This document shows, piece by piece, positions 38,101-47,012 of a stretch of 64,000 bases of DNA. The stretch lies in NCBI GenBank assembly GCA_040388415.1, contig JAZKBV010000001.1, positions 138,369 to 202,368 on the forward strand, written 5' to 3'. The position numbers were made by a program, and so were the translations under genes. The notes beneath the pieces were generated by a model. It was not told where the DNA came from. It worked only from the letters and a program-made list of their open reading frames with translations, and did not search any database. Numbering within the stretch: position 1 is the stretch's first letter; every line of letters begins with the position of its first letter. The DNA comes from Patescibacteria group bacterium. Its GTDB lineage: Bacteria; Patescibacteriota; Minisyncoccia; Phycocordibacterales; PALSA-1337.

Positions 38101-39095
38101 TCAATGTGAAATGTCCAAAGTGTAAGTCGCCTGCAAAGCGCGAGACGAACACTATGCCTCAGTGGGCAGGTTCATCATGGTACTACCTCCGTTACATGGA
38201 TCCAAAGAACAAGAATACTCTCGTCGATCCAAAGAAAGAAAAATATTGGGCACCAGTTGACATGTATGTCGGCGGTGCAGAGCATGCCACTCGCCATCTC
38301 ATCTATGCACGCTTCTGGCATAAGTTCTTGTATGACATCGGCACGGTCTCTACCACTGAGCCATTCATCAAGCTCCAGCATGTCGGTCTCATCATGGGTG
38401 AAGATGGTCGCAAGATGTCCAAGCGCTTTGGTAACGTCGTCAATCCCGATGATATCGTCAAAGCATATGGTGCCGATACGCTCCGTCTCTATGAGATGTT
38501 CATGGGTCCTTTTGATCAGCAGATAGCATGGAGCACATCGAGCATGGTTGGTCCAAGGAGATTTATCGAGAAGGTGTGGCGCCTCAGAGAAAAAGTTATT
38601 GATTTGAAAATGAAGAGTGCAAGTTCGTCACCAGAAGCTGATCGCGTTCTCCATAAAACGATAAAAAAAGTGACGGTAGATATCAATGCGCTTTCATTCA
38701 ACACCGCAGTAAGCACGCTCATGATCTCCGTCAACGAACTTGAGAAAGCCACGTCGCTCACTCGTGACCAATTCGAGATTTTACTGAAATTGCTTGCACC
38801 GTTTGCGCCTCATGTCGCTGAAGAGCTCTGGTATTCAGTTGGCAACAAAACATCAGTTCATATATCTAGTTGGCCTGTCTATAATGAAGCGTTGGTAGTT
38901 GATTCAGAAGTACAGATCATCGTTCAAGTAAATGGTAAAGTGCGTGCATCCTTCAAGGCTGAAACGGGCTCAACTGAAGCTCAATTGGAGGCACATGCAA
39001 AAGAAATCCCTGAAGTAAAAAAGTGGATTGAAGGGAAGGGGATAAAGAAAGTTATCGTGGTAAAAGGAAAGCTCGTCAGCATCGTGGTCGCCTAA
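35193..39095 (+). CDS. leuS: Leucine--tRNA ligase with two inserted NUDIX domains and an alpha/beta hydrolase
   Basis: MFPYPSGEGLHVGH, FTTRPDT, GTGVVMAVPAHDERD, RDWVFSRQRYWGEPIP, KMSKR. Confidence 0.97.
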   Translation: MNKDAKYDPAKIEKKWQKKWTKDKLYQSKEDPKKEKFFVLDMFPYPSGEGLHVGHPKGYIATDIISRFQRMHGKSVLHPMGFDAFGLPAENYAIKMKKNPMDLTEVNVNRFKEQLEIIGLDYDWSREVNTTDPAYYTWTQWIFLQLYKKGLAYESFEPINWCPVDKTGLANEDVVDGRCERCGTLVEKRPMRQWVLKITDYADRLLQDLDMVRAPVFTNTVGSDAFRKDMPVSERHVVHCLIKHWSEDKYLCMKWKKNDWRGFVIGGIEDGESAETTAIREVMEETGYKNVVFKKIVGTMTAEFYQQIKKENRRAFITTVYLELQNGEQSDVPQHEKDIQDMEWVPAAQVRDFVNRDDLKYEWDVFTGAVKQAPLLDWPASIKEAQRNWIGKSEGAEIEFTLKLANNKPRFVLIHGYKESPQEGYLPWLKKELEKRGHEVQVPELPNPANPKESEQVDYVINNCTIDENTVIVAHSLGGVVAQKVIMKLNKQISGLVLVGNAITPGFSKDTKSRPFHKNFTWDFDYARINKLAQGRVAVLSDTKEIHRSAFLKDLATKLSAAFIEVDAVKEHFNGSEEPAVLKCVTPTVSVFTTRPDTIFGVTYIVLAPEHPWVSELLPQLENGSEVEAYVAQAKLATEIERTDAKKEKTGVELKGIKATNPANGEEVPVWIADYVLADYGTGVVMAVPAHDERDFAFAKKFGLGVKQVVAPLITRTGDEDAWRAHEPEAKRPTVVCIVKHWSDDKYLFIKKKILDKAVVAIAGGIDGEDTVQAGQREIREESGYLNTKFVRDLGTPVYYRFYSITGKQNRISELRPLYFELVDGEREEMSENEKQQHEELWLSKEEIDQYLKGRLFNPIFWNRLNNSQEAFTEAGIVINSGKFDGKASDSVKKDITLSVGGQWVSKYKLRDWVFSRQRYWGEPIPLIHCKKCGVVAVPEKDLPVKLPKVKSYEPTGTGESPLADIHKWVNVKCPKCKSPAKRETNTMPQWAGSSWYYLRYMDPKNKNTLVDPKKEKYWAPVDMYVGGAEHATRHLIYARFWHKFLYDIGTVSTTEPFIKLQHVGLIMGEDGRKMSKRFGNVVNPDDIVKAYGADTLRLYEMFMGPFDQQIAWSTSSMVGPRRFIEKVWRLREKVIDLKMKSASSSPEADRVLHKTIKKVTVDINALSFNTAVSTLMISVNELEKATSLTRDQFEILLKLLAPFAPHVAEELWYSVGNKTSVHISSWPVYNEALVVDSEVQIIVQVNGKVRASFKAETGSTEAQLEAHAKEIPEVKKWIEGKGIKKVIVVKGKLVSIVVA

Positions 39096-39200
39096 ATTAG
39101 ACCACGTCAAGCTACTCATTACACCACATTCCTTGACTTATTTGCCCAGAGGTGATAAAACTAATCCATTAAATAAAACAATATTATATAGTCTATTATC

Positions 39201-40238
39201 ATGGCAACGCCACACATATCATTCAAGCCAAAAGTGATCGTCAAAAAGCTCCTTACGTCGCTTCCCGACCGCGCGCGTGAAGTACTCATGTACCGCTATG
39301 GTCTCGGCAAGGACGAGAAGCGTTTGACTCTCGACGCTATCGGCAAGAAGTATGGCATTACCCGTGAGCGCGTACGCCAGATAGAGAACTACGGTATCGC
39401 CAATATCCGCAAGTCAGAAGAGTACAAGCAGGAAAAGGCAGTTTTCATTGAAGTTGAGAATCTCCTCCACTCACTCGGTGGTATCGTTGTTGAAGATGAT
39501 TTCCTCGGTCATATCTCAAAAGACATCAGTCTTCAGAACCACATGTACTTCCTCCTCGTCGTTGGTGAGCCTTTTAAGAAAATAAAAGAAGATGATGATT
39601 TCCGTCATCGTTGGCATGTCAATGAAGAGCTTGCAAAGAAAGTTGAAGAAGCTCTCCGCAAGCTCTATGGTAACTTGAACAATCAAGATCTCCTCCCTGA
39701 GTCAGAGATGGTCAACAAGTTCCTCCAGCATCTCGAAGATGTTTCAGAGAAGTACAAGAACCAAGAAGTCGTCCGTCGCTGGTTGCAGCTCTCAAAGGCT
39801 ATCGGCAAGAACGCGCTTGGCGATTGGGGTATTTCACAGTCTGCCAATATCAAGACAAAGGGTGTTCGCGACTACGCATTCCTCGTCATTCGCAAGCATG
39901 GTTCACCTATCCATTTCCGCGACGTTGCAAAGCAGATCACCGTTATGTTCAACAAGAAGGCTCATGTCGCTACGACTCACAATGAGTTGATCAAAGATAA
40001 GCGTTTCGTCCTCGTCGGTCGCGGTCTCTATGCTCTCGCAGAATGGGGATATGTCCCTGGTGTCGTCCGTGACGTCATCAAGACCGTCCTTGCAAAGAAT
40101 GGTCCAATGACAAAGGAAGAGATCATCGACAAGGTTATGAAGGAACGTTACGTCAAAGAGAACACGATCCTCGTCAACCTCCAGAATCCAAAGTATTTCA
40201 AGAGAGATAAAGACGGCAAGTATACGCCAGCAGCATAG
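39201..40238 (+). CDS. Sigma-70 region 4 HTH / winged-HTH protein
   Basis: RYGL..TLDAIGKKYGITRERVRQIE; HNELIKDKRFVLVGRGLYAL; no sigma region 2 recognised. Confidence 0.8.
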   Translation: MATPHISFKPKVIVKKLLTSLPDRAREVLMYRYGLGKDEKRLTLDAIGKKYGITRERVRQIENYGIANIRKSEEYKQEKAVFIEVENLLHSLGGIVVEDDFLGHISKDISLQNHMYFLLVVGEPFKKIKEDDDFRHRWHVNEELAKKVEEALRKLYGNLNNQDLLPESEMVNKFLQHLEDVSEKYKNQEVVRRWLQLSKAIGKNALGDWGISQSANIKTKGVRDYAFLVIRKHGSPIHFRDVAKQITVMFNKKAHVATTHNELIKDKRFVLVGRGLYALAEWGYVPGVVRDVIKTVLAKNGPMTKEEIIDKVMKERYVKENTILVNLQNPKYFKRDKDGKYTPAA

Positions 40239-40262
40239 GTTAGTACGAATATCGAATAAGAT

Positions 40263-40320
40263 CAAAAAGAACAGGAGCGGTACGAATGCAGAAGCATTCT
40301 CACCGCTCCTGTTCTTTTTG
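40263..40320 (+). terminator. Long terminator hairpin
   Basis: CAAAAAGAACAGGAGCGGT...ACCGCTCCTGTTCTTTTTG. Confidence 0.8.
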
Positions 40321-40372
40321 GCGCCACTCAAATTAACTTTCATAAATCCTCGCTTGGCGCTATAATATTCGC

Positions 40373-41647
40373 ATGTTCCAGTCGCTCATCACGCAACTTC
40401 AAACAGGCATCCTCCCGCAAGTCATCCAGTACACGATCTATCTGTCGCCGGTGCTTCTCGCTATCCTCCTCGGGCATATTTTTTGGCCACTCTGGCTTCG
40501 TTATGTTCGCGCAAAGTTTTCATATGGTCTCAAGTACACACTTCTTGAATTAAAATTGCCAAAAGACGTCTTCAAGTCGCCGCTGGCTATGGAAGTGGTT
40601 TTACAAGTCATCCACAATCCTGCAAATGGAAGTCCGTATGCGCAATACTGGAAAGGCGAGTACCGTCCGTTCTATTCGCTTGAGATTGTCTCGATTGAAG
40701 GGCAGATCAAATTTTACATTTGGACCGAGGACCGTCGCAAAGCCGGCATCATGTCAGGTCTATACTCGCAGTATCCCGGCATAGAGATCACCGAAGCTTC
40801 TGACTATGCTCAGGCGACTCATTTTGATCCTGAAACGATGAAGCTCTGGGCAGCTGATTATAAATTCGTTAAAGATGCAAGCAAAGGCGAACACTATCCA
40901 CTGCGCACCTATGTTGATTATGGTCTGCTCGATGACCCAAAGGAGGAATTGAAAGTCGATCCGCTGGTGCCTATTTTGGAATTTTTGGGCAGTGTTGGAC
41001 CAAACCAACAGATATGGATCCAGTACATCGTGCAGGCGCATATCAAAAATGATCCCAAACCCGGCCATTTGTTCAAGAAAACAGATCTCTGGCGCGATGA
41101 ATCGATCAAGCTCGTGGACAAGCTTATGATGCGTGACCCAAAAACAAAAGTTGCGGGTATGAAAGATGAGGCGACTGGTTTTACCAAATTGCCGTCACTT
41201 TCGAAGGGTGAGACCGACATCGTCACGGCGATCGAGAGACGTATGTCAAAACAAACATTCGATGTGGGTATGAGAGTAGTGTATGTAGCTCAAAAAGATT
41301 CTTTCAATACGGTATTTGGCCAAGGCGGCATTATTGGCATGGTCAAGCACTTTAGCTCAGAGCATATGAATGGTCTCAAGCATGACGGCGATACCTGGAT
41401 CGCTCAGTTTGGCGGCGTACCGTGGGAAGACTACAACAACACTCGCCGCAACTACTATTCAAAAGCAGCTCTCAAGGCATACCGCCGCAGATCGTTCTTT
41501 TATCCGCCCTATCAGGGCACGCCAATGGTTATGAATACCGAGGAGTTGGCGACGCTGTATCATCTTCCTGGCGCTGTCGCTGGCACGCCTACGCTCGCTC
41601 GTGTACCTTCAAAGAAGGGTGAGGCTCCTACGAATCTTCCTATTTAA
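40373..41647 (+). CDS. Conserved hypothetical membrane-anchored protein
   Basis: N-terminal TM; LLELKLPK..KSPLAME, YSLEIVS, EELATLYHLP. Confidence 0.75.
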   Translation: MFQSLITQLQTGILPQVIQYTIYLSPVLLAILLGHIFWPLWLRYVRAKFSYGLKYTLLELKLPKDVFKSPLAMEVVLQVIHNPANGSPYAQYWKGEYRPFYSLEIVSIEGQIKFYIWTEDRRKAGIMSGLYSQYPGIEITEASDYAQATHFDPETMKLWAADYKFVKDASKGEHYPLRTYVDYGLLDDPKEELKVDPLVPILEFLGSVGPNQQIWIQYIVQAHIKNDPKPGHLFKKTDLWRDESIKLVDKLMMRDPKTKVAGMKDEATGFTKLPSLSKGETDIVTAIERRMSKQTFDVGMRVVYVAQKDSFNTVFGQGGIIGMVKHFSSEHMNGLKHDGDTWIAQFGGVPWEDYNNTRRNYYSKAALKAYRRRSFFYPPYQGTPMVMNTEELATLYHLPGAVAGTPTLARVPSKKGEAPTNLPI

Positions 41648-41649
41648 TA

Positions 41650-42702
41650 ATGCCGCCATTTCCTCCTGACCGCCAACCTGTTTCTGAAATGAAGGTATAT
41701 CAACCATTGAATATCAAGCAATTTCCGCCTGCGCGAAAAAAGAGATATTTCGTCAGATTCAGTATTGTTCTGTTGATCGCGCTGCTTGCAGTGACAGCTT
41801 TTGTCGTTCAGTATTCGCGTTCCCCAAATCCATTTCCATCAAATATCATCGTGACCATTCCTGCTGGCTCGACTGTATCACAAGCAGGAGATATTTTGAC
41901 TCATGCAGGCATTGTACGATCAAGTTTTGCATACAAAGTCTATGCTGTGCTCATCCATGATGGCGCTGGCATACAAGCGGGGCAGTATCTTTTCGATCAG
42001 CCACAGTCAGTGGTACGTGTGGCGTATAGAACTGCATATGGCATAGAAGGATTGACTAAAATCAAAGTCACTATACCTGAAGGTTCAAACTCAAAAGACC
42101 TTACAAGCATCATCGGCAAGGCGGTGCCGCTTATTGATAGGAAATCATTGCTGAGCATGGCAAAGGCCGAAGAGGGATATCTTTTTCCTGATACCTATTT
42201 CTTTTATCAAAATACTGTTCCTGAGCAGGTCATAACTGCGATGAAATTAAACTTCAGCGCCCAGCTGCAATATATAGCTCCGACTATGCAGGCATATATA
42301 AAGAAAAATCATGTCACCACTGACGGCGTAGTCACGATGGCGTCTATTGTGGAGAAGGAGGCAACATCGACCATTGATCGCCAGATCATCGCCGGTATTC
42401 TTTGGAAGCGCCTAGCTGATAAATATCCGCTTCAAGTTGATCCGCCATTTTTCTATATTCTCGGTAAAGATTCTTCACAGCTCACTACGGCTGACCTTGC
42501 GACTGATTCTCCGTATAATTTGTATAAGAATAAAGGTCTGCCGCCAACGCCGATAGATAATCCAGGGCTTGATGCGCTCTTCGCGACTGTGTCTCCGACT
42601 GCCACAAAGTACTGGTACTATCTCTCAGATAAAAAAGGGAATATGCACTACGCGGTGACCTATGAGCAACATCTTGCAAATAAGGCGAAGTATGTCGATT
42701 AA
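41650..42702 (+). CDS. mltG: Endolytic transglycosylase MltG
   Basis: VTIPEG, EGYLFPDTY, MASIVEKE, SPYNLY..GLPPTPI.NPG. Confidence 0.95.
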   Translation: MPPFPPDRQPVSEMKVYQPLNIKQFPPARKKRYFVRFSIVLLIALLAVTAFVVQYSRSPNPFPSNIIVTIPAGSTVSQAGDILTHAGIVRSSFAYKVYAVLIHDGAGIQAGQYLFDQPQSVVRVAYRTAYGIEGLTKIKVTIPEGSNSKDLTSIIGKAVPLIDRKSLLSMAKAEEGYLFPDTYFFYQNTVPEQVITAMKLNFSAQLQYIAPTMQAYIKKNHVTTDGVVTMASIVEKEATSTIDRQIIAGILWKRLADKYPLQVDPPFFYILGKDSSQLTTADLATDSPYNLYKNKGLPPTPIDNPGLDALFATVSPTATKYWYYLSDKKGNMHYAVTYEQHLANKAKYVD

Positions 42703-42759
42703 CACATGTAATAAAAAAGCCGCGAGGTAAGTCGCGGCTTTGGTGTGAACAGTTCAGGG

Positions 42760-43149
42760 TCATTTTTTCTTGATAAGCTTGAGCTCCTCAAGCCTTGATA
42801 TCAGGCTTTGCTCTGATTTATAGATCACTCCAGTCGCACCGAACTCCAGCGCCTGTTCAGCGACCGCTCGAGAAGGCTCCGAACAGTGCAGAACTATTTT
42901 TGTATGCGCCAGAACACCTTTGCATCGAAGGAGGTCGATCAAGTCGAGCCCTTCGTTGGCGTGGGGCATATTGAGATCAGTGATGATGAGGTCAAAGGGA
43001 CTGCCTTTGGCCGCTGCTCTGAGACTGGTAAATTGAGCCCCTTCCAGACCTGCAGCTTCTTCGATCTCAAACTCGGGACAGTATGCCCGTAGCACGCGTT
43101 GGCTTGCTTTGCGAAAATCAGCATCGTCATCGACAATAAGTATTTTCAT
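42760..43149 (-). CDS. Stand-alone response regulator receiver (CheY-like)
   Basis: MKILIVDDD, FDLIITDLNMP..GL, GATGVIYK; ATGA coupling to the upstream gene. Confidence 0.88.
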   Translation of the reverse strand: MKILIVDDDADFRKASQRVLRAYCPEFEIEEAAGLEGAQFTSLRAAAKGSPFDLIITDLNMPHANEGLDLIDLLRCKGVLAHTKIVLHCSEPSRAVAEQALEFGATGVIYKSEQSLISRLEELKLIKKK

Positions 43150-43616
43150 TGGTTTCCTTTTTGTTGTGGTCCTCCTGTAAAAGGATAATAGACCGATATG
43201 TTTTTCGTTCCTTCTTTCGTGATGTTCACTTCGAGCAAGCCAGTAAAGATGGTCGGCGTGCTTGAACGAACAGTTTGTCCGGGAAAGCTCGTGTGGCGTG
43301 GCAGCGTGATGGGAATCCATCTGCCGTCAACTTCGACAGTCGAGAGCTGGTGGCGTGCCACATCTTTGCCAGTAATGTTGACCTGCATGACGACGGTCAT
43401 CAGATCATCGTGGTATCCGTCAGCGGATCCAAATGACCAGACATCGTAATATTGGTATATGCCGACTGGAAGGTCTTCATAGCCGTGGATGCGTTGATGA
43501 GTGAAGGTGCCCGCATGTTTAGGAGCAATATTCTCGCTGCGAACATTGTAGAAAATTGCCAGACCAAGAATGAGGCCAATAGATCCCAAGATAGATACAA
43601 GCGTTCGATAGTTCAT
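43146..43616 (-). CDS. Hypothetical membrane-anchored protein
   Basis: N-terminal TM helix, beta-rich remainder. Confidence 0.65.
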   Translation of the reverse strand: MNYRTLVSILGSIGLILGLAIFYNVRSENIAPKHAGTFTHQRIHGYEDLPVGIYQYYDVWSFGSADGYHDDLMTVVMQVNITGKDVARHQLSTVEVDGRWIPITLPRHTSFPGQTVRSSTPTIFTGLLEVNITKEGTKNISVYYPFTGGPQQKGNQ

Positions 43617-43705
43617 AATCAATTTTATTTCAAGGAGTGATGAGCAAATGCTGATAAACAGCCGTAAATTTGCTCGAAGTTCTGTGATACAGTATAATCG
43701 AATTC

Positions 43706-44848
43706 ATGAAAAGTCAAGTGTCTCGCACAGCAAAAAAAGTCTTCGTCGGCATGTCAGGCGGCGTCGATAGCTCAGTTTCAGCTGCTTTACTCAAACAAGC
43801 CGGCCATGATGTCACGGGCGTCTTTATCAAGGTCTGGCAACCTGACTGGATAGAGTGTACCTGGCGCGATGAGCGTCGTGAGGCTATGCGCGCAGCAGCA
43901 CACCTCGGTATACCATTTGTCACGCTCGATCTTGAAAAAGAATACAAGGAAGGTGTGATCGACTATATGATCGCTGAGTACTCGGCTGGGCGCACGCCGA
44001 ACCCTGACGTCATGTGTAACCGCGAAGTAAAGTTCGGGGCATTTTGGCGTTGGGCGAAGGAGCAGGGGGCAGAGTTTGTAGCGACGGGACATTATGCGAG
44101 AGTACAGAAGAATGAAGAAAGGAGAAGGGAGAAGGGAGAGTCAGGAATTTTCAAAATGCTTGCCGGCACTGACAAAAATAAAGACCAGTCATATTTCCTG
44201 TGGACACTGAATCAAGATGATCTGAAGCACGTTCTTTTTCCTGTCGGCCATTTGGAAAAGCCTGCGGTGCGCACTCTGGCAAAGAAGTTCAAGTTGCCGA
44301 ATGCGGAGAAGAAAGACAGCCAAGGCTTGTGCTTTATTGGCAAAATCGATGTGAAGGATTTTCTCGCGCATTATATCAAGACAGAAACGGGGGATGTGTT
44401 AAATGAAAAAGAAGAAGTCATTGGCTCACATAATGGCGCTTTGCTTATCACCATCGGCGAGCGTCACGGCTTTACTATCGATGCAAAGCATAAGACACCG
44501 CATGATGAGAGGTATTATGTTGTCTCGAAAGATGTTAAGGCTAATACGATTACAGTAAGCAAAAAGGGAAATGATCAATTACCAATAACCAATGATCAAA
44601 AAGGGCTACAACAAGTGATTATTAACAAGGTTAATTGGACGAGTTCAATTCCTGTCGGGGGCACCTTACTGCAAGCACGTACGCGATATCGCCAGCCATT
44701 GCAAGATATTGAAATAATCTCAGTTGACAAAGATTCTGCTGTTGTCGAATTTAAAATGCATCAAGATACTATAACTCCTGGGCAGTCCTTGGTTGTGTAT
44801 AAAGGGGAGGAATGCGTAGGGGGTGGCGTTATATCTGATATGGTATAA
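43706..44848 (+). CDS. mnmA: tRNA 2-thiouridine(34) synthase
   Basis: GMSGGVDSS, GRTPNPDVMCN, ATGHY, KDQSYFL, KKDSQGLCF, TPGQ. Confidence 0.98.
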   Translation: MKSQVSRTAKKVFVGMSGGVDSSVSAALLKQAGHDVTGVFIKVWQPDWIECTWRDERREAMRAAAHLGIPFVTLDLEKEYKEGVIDYMIAEYSAGRTPNPDVMCNREVKFGAFWRWAKEQGAEFVATGHYARVQKNEERRREKGESGIFKMLAGTDKNKDQSYFLWTLNQDDLKHVLFPVGHLEKPAVRTLAKKFKLPNAEKKDSQGLCFIGKIDVKDFLAHYIKTETGDVLNEKEEVIGSHNGALLITIGERHGFTIDAKHKTPHDERYYVVSKDVKANTITVSKKGNDQLPITNDQKGLQQVIINKVNWTSSIPVGGTLLQARTRYRQPLQDIEIISVDKDSAVVEFKMHQDTITPGQSLVVYKGEECVGGGVISDMV

Positions 44849-44855
44849 TTTATCT

Positions 44856-45500
44856 ATGAATAAAGTTACGTGCGCTCTCGGCAGAGGATTCACGCTTATC
44901 GAATTACTTGTTGTAGTTTCTATAATTTCTCTTTTATCATCTCTTGTTCTGTCTGCATTATCGAGCGCTCGACTCAAAGCGTATGATGGACGCAAGATAG
45001 CCGACTTTCGGAGCATTTCGACGGCTCTCACTCTATTTCATGAACAGTTTAATAGGTATCCTTATAATTATTTGAAATGGGACCATATAAGCGGTCATTA
45101 TGGCGCATATGATCCAACACCGGACAATATTAACAGCGATTCGGGTGCATGTGATGCACCAGCCCCAGGAGCTCCAGGGGCAGACCCATCACAAGGTGCA
45201 GTTAATAATCTCGAACCGAATAGTGCTTCCCAAGCATACAATGCCAGCATGAAAGAACTTGTGGATGCGGGGTTTCTCGGTGCGATCCCTCATAGTATTC
45301 CAGGTTCTTCGGGCTACTGCTATTACAATTGGTCTGCAGATTATCCTACTCAAACTCAAGGTGCAGTATTGATGACCACGCTTCAAACGGGCGCGCCAAC
45401 ACAAACTGGTCCATATAATTCATGTCGTTTTAGCGGGGTAGGGTGGTGTAGTCCAGATTCAGCATCACGCGCGTATTGTTTGTGCCACTCGCCACAATAG
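44856..45500 (+). CDS. Type IV pilin / T2SS pseudopilin-like protein
   Basis: Prepilin cleavage motif RG|FTLIELLVVVSII; Cys-rich C-terminus. Confidence 0.9.
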   Translation: MNKVTCALGRGFTLIELLVVVSIISLLSSLVLSALSSARLKAYDGRKIADFRSISTALTLFHEQFNRYPYNYLKWDHISGHYGAYDPTPDNINSDSGACDAPAPGAPGADPSQGAVNNLEPNSASQAYNASMKELVDAGFLGAIPHSIPGSSGYCYYNWSADYPTQTQGAVLMTTLQTGAPTQTGPYNSCRFSGVGWCSPDSASRAYCLCHSPQ

Positions 45501-45534
45501 CTCTCATTTGTATTTCAAATGGTATACTAGTGCC

Positions 45535-46380
45535 ATGAACCACCTGATCTCCATCACAAAATCCGACGGTACGCGCCAGCTTTTCGAAGAAGAAAAGCTC
45601 AAGAGCTCGCTCAAGCGCGTTGGTGCGTCAGATGAAGTGATCGAGGAAATTCTTGAGGAAATAGGAAAGACGATGCACGACGGTATGACAACCAACGAAA
45701 TCTACGGTCATGCATTCGTCTTGCTCAAAAAACATTCACATCATGTTGCTGTGAAGTATTCTATTCGCCGTGCGCTCATCGAGCTCGGTCCTGATGGTTT
45801 TCCTTTTGAAAAGTTTGTCTCGCGTGTGTTTCAGTCATGGGGCTATCAAACGGTTACTGATCAGACGGTCCTTGGTAAATGTATTTCTCATGAAGTAGAC
45901 GTCGTCGGCTGGAACAAAGAGAAACTCGTTATGGCAGAAGCAAAATTTCACAATGAGTTCGGATTGCGGTCGGATTCAAAAGTTGCTCTCTATATCAATG
46001 CACGCCGTGAAGACCTCGCCGAAACATTTTTTGATTATGGTGGTATCAAGAGGAAGATCAGCGAGTTTTGGTTGGTCACCAATACCAAGTTTACCGATCA
46101 GGCTATCATCTATGGCGAGTGCAATCATCTTCACATGCTCGGCTGGAACTATCCGAAGGTAGGCGGTCTCCATGAGATCATTGAAAAAAACTCTTTGCAG
46201 CCAGTGACATGTATCACTGCGCTCAGTCACCAGCAGAAAAAAGATCTCGTGGGCAGAAATATCGTGACATGTTCTGACCTCATCCGTCAGCCACAAATAC
46301 TCGAATCGATTGGTGTCAAAGCGGTTGATGCTGAAAAGATAGTGAATGAGGCGAAACTGATCATCAAGGTGGCGAAGTAG
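45535..46380 (+). CDS. ATP-cone plus PD-(D/E)xK restriction-endonuclease-like protein
   Basis: ITKSDG..FEEEKL (ATP cone); GFPFEKFV, HEVDV, EAK, LVTNTKFT. Confidence 0.85.
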   Translation: MNHLISITKSDGTRQLFEEEKLKSSLKRVGASDEVIEEILEEIGKTMHDGMTTNEIYGHAFVLLKKHSHHVAVKYSIRRALIELGPDGFPFEKFVSRVFQSWGYQTVTDQTVLGKCISHEVDVVGWNKEKLVMAEAKFHNEFGLRSDSKVALYINARREDLAETFFDYGGIKRKISEFWLVTNTKFTDQAIIYGECNHLHMLGWNYPKVGGLHEIIEKNSLQPVTCITALSHQQKKDLVGRNIVTCSDLIRQPQILESIGVKAVDAEKIVNEAKLIIKVAK

Positions 46381-46405
46381 AGATTGTTAGCGGTACAATA
46401 ACGCC

Positions 46406-47002
46406 ATGACTAAAACCGACCTCATGAAAGCGATAAGAGATGAGATCCTTGTCCTCAAGGAGTCTCCACTCTATGAGTATCGAACTGGTAAGGGATATTT
46501 TCCGGTCATTGGCGAGGGAAGCCATGATGCGACAATCATGTTCGTTGGTGAAGCTCCTGGTCAAAATGAAGCAAAGACAGGCAGGCCGTTCTGCGGCGCA
46601 GCAGGTAAAGTGTTGGATGAATTGCTGACGCATGTCGGCATCGATCGAAAATCTATTTACATAACTAATATCGTCAAAGATCGTCCACCGGAGAACCGCG
46701 ATCCGACGCCAAGAGAGATCGAAGTCTATGGACCATTTCTCGATAGACAGATAGAGATCATCAAACCACGCGTTATCGTCGCCCTCGGCCGGTATGCCAT
46801 GGGGTATATTATGAAAAGATTTGACCTTGACGCGCAACTAGAATCGATCGGCAAGGCTCATGGCAAAGCATATGTCACCAAAACATCATATGGAAACCTC
46901 GACATCGTTACCCTGTACCATCCCTGCGTAGCCGTGTATAATCCCAACAATCTTCCCAATTTAAAAAAGGATATGGAGATATTAAAGAAGTACCGAGATT
47001 AA
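46406..47002 (+). CDS. udg: Uracil-DNA glycosylase family 4
   Basis: FVGEAPG, GRPFCGAAG, TNIVKDRPP.NRDP, YHP. Confidence 0.93.
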   Translation: MTKTDLMKAIRDEILVLKESPLYEYRTGKGYFPVIGEGSHDATIMFVGEAPGQNEAKTGRPFCGAAGKVLDELLTHVGIDRKSIYITNIVKDRPPENRDPTPREIEVYGPFLDRQIEIIKPRVIVALGRYAMGYIMKRFDLDAQLESIGKAHGKAYVTKTSYGNLDIVTLYHPCVAVYNPNNLPNLKKDMEILKKYRD

Positions 47003-47012
47003 ATATTTGAAT

